A stretch of DNA of 63,658 nucleotides, filler included, from Intoshia linei (Eukaryota; Animalia; Orthonectida), in assembly GCA_001642005.1 (NCBI GenBank). It is 5 parts of 5 records of this genome, joined end to end, with 100 filler letters (N's around TTAATTAATTAA, not from the genome) between each part and the next. Parts side by side here need not be neighbours in the genome. Positions count along the whole stretch, not along the records: positions 60,875 to 62,223 come from LWCA01002762.1; positions 62,324 to 63,658 come from LWCA01002666.1; 3 more parts are not named here. One strand, 5' to 3'. Positions 60,875-63,658 of the stretch are shown here, piece by piece. The translations under genes and the position numbers were made by a program. The notes under the pieces are model-generated. The model saw only the letters and a program-made list of their open reading frames with translations, was not told the origin of the DNA and did no database searches. Position 1 is the first letter of the stretch, and every line of letters starts with the position of its first letter.

Positions 60875-61980
60875 AAAAAACTATTTAATGAGTATCGAGT
60901 GGTTAATGTAACTTCTCATACAGAAAGAAGATTAAAGTTTATAGAGAATCTCGATAATTTATTTGAGTGTGCTAAATCTGATCAATCAAATGCAATAATT
61001 GAAGATTTACAATTTTTAGAAGTTCAAAGAAGGGGAGTGGGGTGCATGGGTAGCTCTTCGTCTCAACCTCATGTTTACAATCCTAAAATTAATTTAAAAA
61101 AAATATCAAGAAAACGATCAAATAAAGAAAGTAATTATGTGAAGGGACAAAGCGGATGCTACAATAAAAATGATTACATTTATTCTGAAAATTCATGTTT
61201 ATCTGATGAAAGCCATTATACAGGTAGCAGTGAAAACAGCGCGGCTATTTTAAGATTGAGACTATGTGATTTAAAAAAAGTGTCAAATAGGGCTACTGGA
61301 TCATTTTTGAATTTATCTCATGAATGTGTTCGTCAAAAAAAAATGAGGCAAAAGGAAAAAGACTATACTAAATTGCAAGGTATGGATATGGAATCGGTTG
61401 TTGTGTATTTTGATGGGAAAAAATTTGAAGAAGAACGATTAGCAGTGGTAGCAATTGATATATATTCTAAATTAGAAGTGGTATAAGCAGTTGTAGCTCA
61501 ACCAAACGGAAAAGGTATAACACTAGCAAATTCAGTTATAGATGTATTGAATAATTGGGAATTAACTGGTTGAGTTGTTGGTTTAAGTTATGAAACCACA
61601 GCAACAAATACGGGAAAAATTCGCGGTAGCGTGGATTATTTAAAGCAGTTTTTAACACTACATCTCACATTGCTTCTATGTCGTCATCATATATTGGAAC
61701 TCATTTTAAGAGCAGTATTTGTTGAAATATTTGGTGATAATTCTACTCCAGATATATTAGGTTATAGATTCATGAAAAATGTATCAAAGATATATAGTTA
61801 ATTTTATTCCATTACTTNTACATCTCACATTGCTTCTATGTCGTCATCATATATTGGAACTCATTTTAAGAGTAGTATTTGTGGAAATATTTGGTGATAA
61901 TTCTACTCTAGATATATTAGGTTATAGATTCATGAAAAATGTATCAAAGATATATAGTTAATTTTATTCCATTACTTAGA
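60875..61980 (+). pseudogene. Transposase relic of a CxxH-type DDE family (hAT-related, probably hATm-like)
   Basis: LDNLFE...VYFDGK...RLAVVA...*...GKGITLANSVIDVLNNWEL*...LSYETTATNTG..RGS...LLCRHHILELILRAVF, with in-frame stops at ~61484 and ~61571. Confidence 0.7.
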
Positions 61981-62828
61981 AACACCCATATTTTGTTTTT
62001 TTCTCTAAAGTAGTCATCATGAAGTGATTTTGAAATGTGCTATTTGCTATGTTATGAAAAATTTAAAGTATTCATTTTCAAATTTGCAATAAACATTGTG
62101 TGTAAACTGTTATTATTTTTTGAAAAAAAGACCCCCCACAGTAAAAGATAGCCTCCAAAAAAAATTTTTGCATACGGCGAAATTGCATAACACGCCGCGT
62201 TCCGCTCAAAAAATCGGGTAAAGNNNNNNNNNNNNNNNNNNNNNNNNNNNNNNNNNNNNNNNNNNNNTTAATTAATTAANNNNNNNNNNNNNNNNNNNNN
62301 NNNNNNNNNNNNNNNNNNNNNNNCTTTATAAAATTCTAAGACTGGTAGTTATTGAAATAAACGATAACACACACAGATAAACAAAGCATATTATATAAGT
62401 AAGGATAATAGACAGTGGGCGTTAATGAATTTTGTGGTTGTAAGGGGAAATTTTTATGGCAAGTTTGGGATACACTGAGATAAACAGTGACACAGTAATA
62501 CATATGTATTTTTCATATATTATAAAATTGACTTGGGAAATATCTCATAATCAGTTAAATTAAAAATAATTTGGTTAATTAATATTTATTGAGTAATTTT
62601 TTAAATAAATATTATACGACGCAGTAAAAATTTTTTTAAGGGGGAGTTGAAAAAATATATTGCTAAAAAGGGGTATGGTAGACCAAATCAGTTTGGGAAC
62701 TTCTGCTCTAGATTCCAGACTACAATTCAATGTAAACAATTTTAGTTTATAAATAATAAGTTATTATTATTATTATTAATAACAATAAGCAAAAAAATAT
62801 TCTAAATTTAATACTTCAATATACTTAG

Positions 62829-63161
62829 GTTGGTGATTTATTGAGATGTACTGGACTGTCTCCTACAAACGCATTTGTAACTAAAATTGGTGGAAAAGGT
62901 TTTTATTTAAATTTAAAGAATTGTATTTTATATTTTATAGCTTTGATATATTATATCAAACAGAAGTTAACTTCCACATATAAAAATGTTTAGATGATCA
63001 ACAATATACCTTCGATGACATTTTACCACTATATAAGACAACTTTAAGCTACAAGGACATTGGAACAGAAGGGGATTTTGTAGAAGCTTTTAAGACATAT
63101 GACAGGGAAGGACAGGGATTTGTTTCTTCTGCTGAACTGAGATATGTGTTGCTAAACCTGG
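62829..63161 (+). CDS. Myosin essential light chain, two internal exons
   Basis: Exons 62829-62898 and 62994-63161 give VGDLLRCTGLSPTNAFV...FDDILPLY...KDIGTEGDFVEAFKTYDREGQGFVSSAELRYVLLNLG, the invertebrate ELC signature FKTFDREGQG..AELR. Confidence 0.9.
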
Positions 63162-63658
63162 GTAATTTTCACAATTTTTCGCAATTAGATTTTCACAACG
63201 GTGTTATGATAATAATTATCACAATTAAATAGTTGAAACAAATATTTTGAGTACCATATTGGTAGTGGCGCGCCTAGGTCACCACATCCCTCGACATTAT
63301 CCAAAATGCAAATACATGTCAAATCCTGGATGTTGAATAGCTGTATTTCATACAAGTATCTTTGTTATCCATTCGTGCGTTAACTATTATGTGATCATTA
63401 TCGTCTGCCCGTGTCAAGTGATACTACTAACAAATTTAGAAACAATCATATTCATTAGTTTGTAAATAATTGAATTTTTAAACTTTAATTATCTCGTCCA
63501 TACACACTCAACAAGCATAAAAAATAACACAAATAAGCAGAAACCAACTTATCTTTAGATAATATATGATTATTATGTTATAATTAAGGAAATTTTTTAT
63601 TGATCTATAGAATAACAAAAAAACTGACCTAAAAATTAAATTTACTGACTTTATCTGA

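Noticed and set aside
61658-61978. ~160-bp tandem duplication around an n (similar cases at 58280-58497 and 1433-1625)
   Set aside because: Each straddles an n or n-run, so these are unmerged contig overlaps or haplotypes.

Overview
Very AT-rich eukaryotic (metazoan) genomic DNA from a draft scaffold. It has four 100-bp gaps carrying an artificial TTAATTAATTAA linker, plus single-n contig joins. Most ORF-track entries are single exons or noise. By hand-splicing GT-AG introns I recover these genes in order: an LRR-like fragment, the 5' part of CEP104 (-), CMC1 (+), an orphan gene with possible Ariadne-domain similarity (+), the 3' exons of CPOX (+), CSK (-), GRWD1 (+), CIAO3/NARFL (-), PRPF3 (-), a WBP4/FBP21 homologue apparently lacking WW domains (+), the 3' half of a tetraspanin (-), the 5' part of an hnRNP D/AB (squid)-like gene (-), ACSBG/bubblegum (-) and part of a myosin essential light chain (+). 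Introns are either about 35-42 nt or kb-long and filled with transposons. These include an abundant non-autonomous Helitron family, Tc1-like elements (one DD35E, two IR/DR type), Buster/Charlie-type hAT relics and MITEs, a hATm-like relic and ~30-bp minisatellites. Genes are extremely tightly packed. Two same-strand pairs are separated by only 80 and 125 bp with a poly(A) signal between them, which suggests operon-like transcription or trans-splicing. Two spliceosomal genes share a 107-bp divergent spacer. The tiny introns, high AT and divergent proteins suggest a reduced parasitic animal, possibly an orthonectid such as Intoshia (inference only). Exon boundaries were placed by eye and may be off by a few bases.
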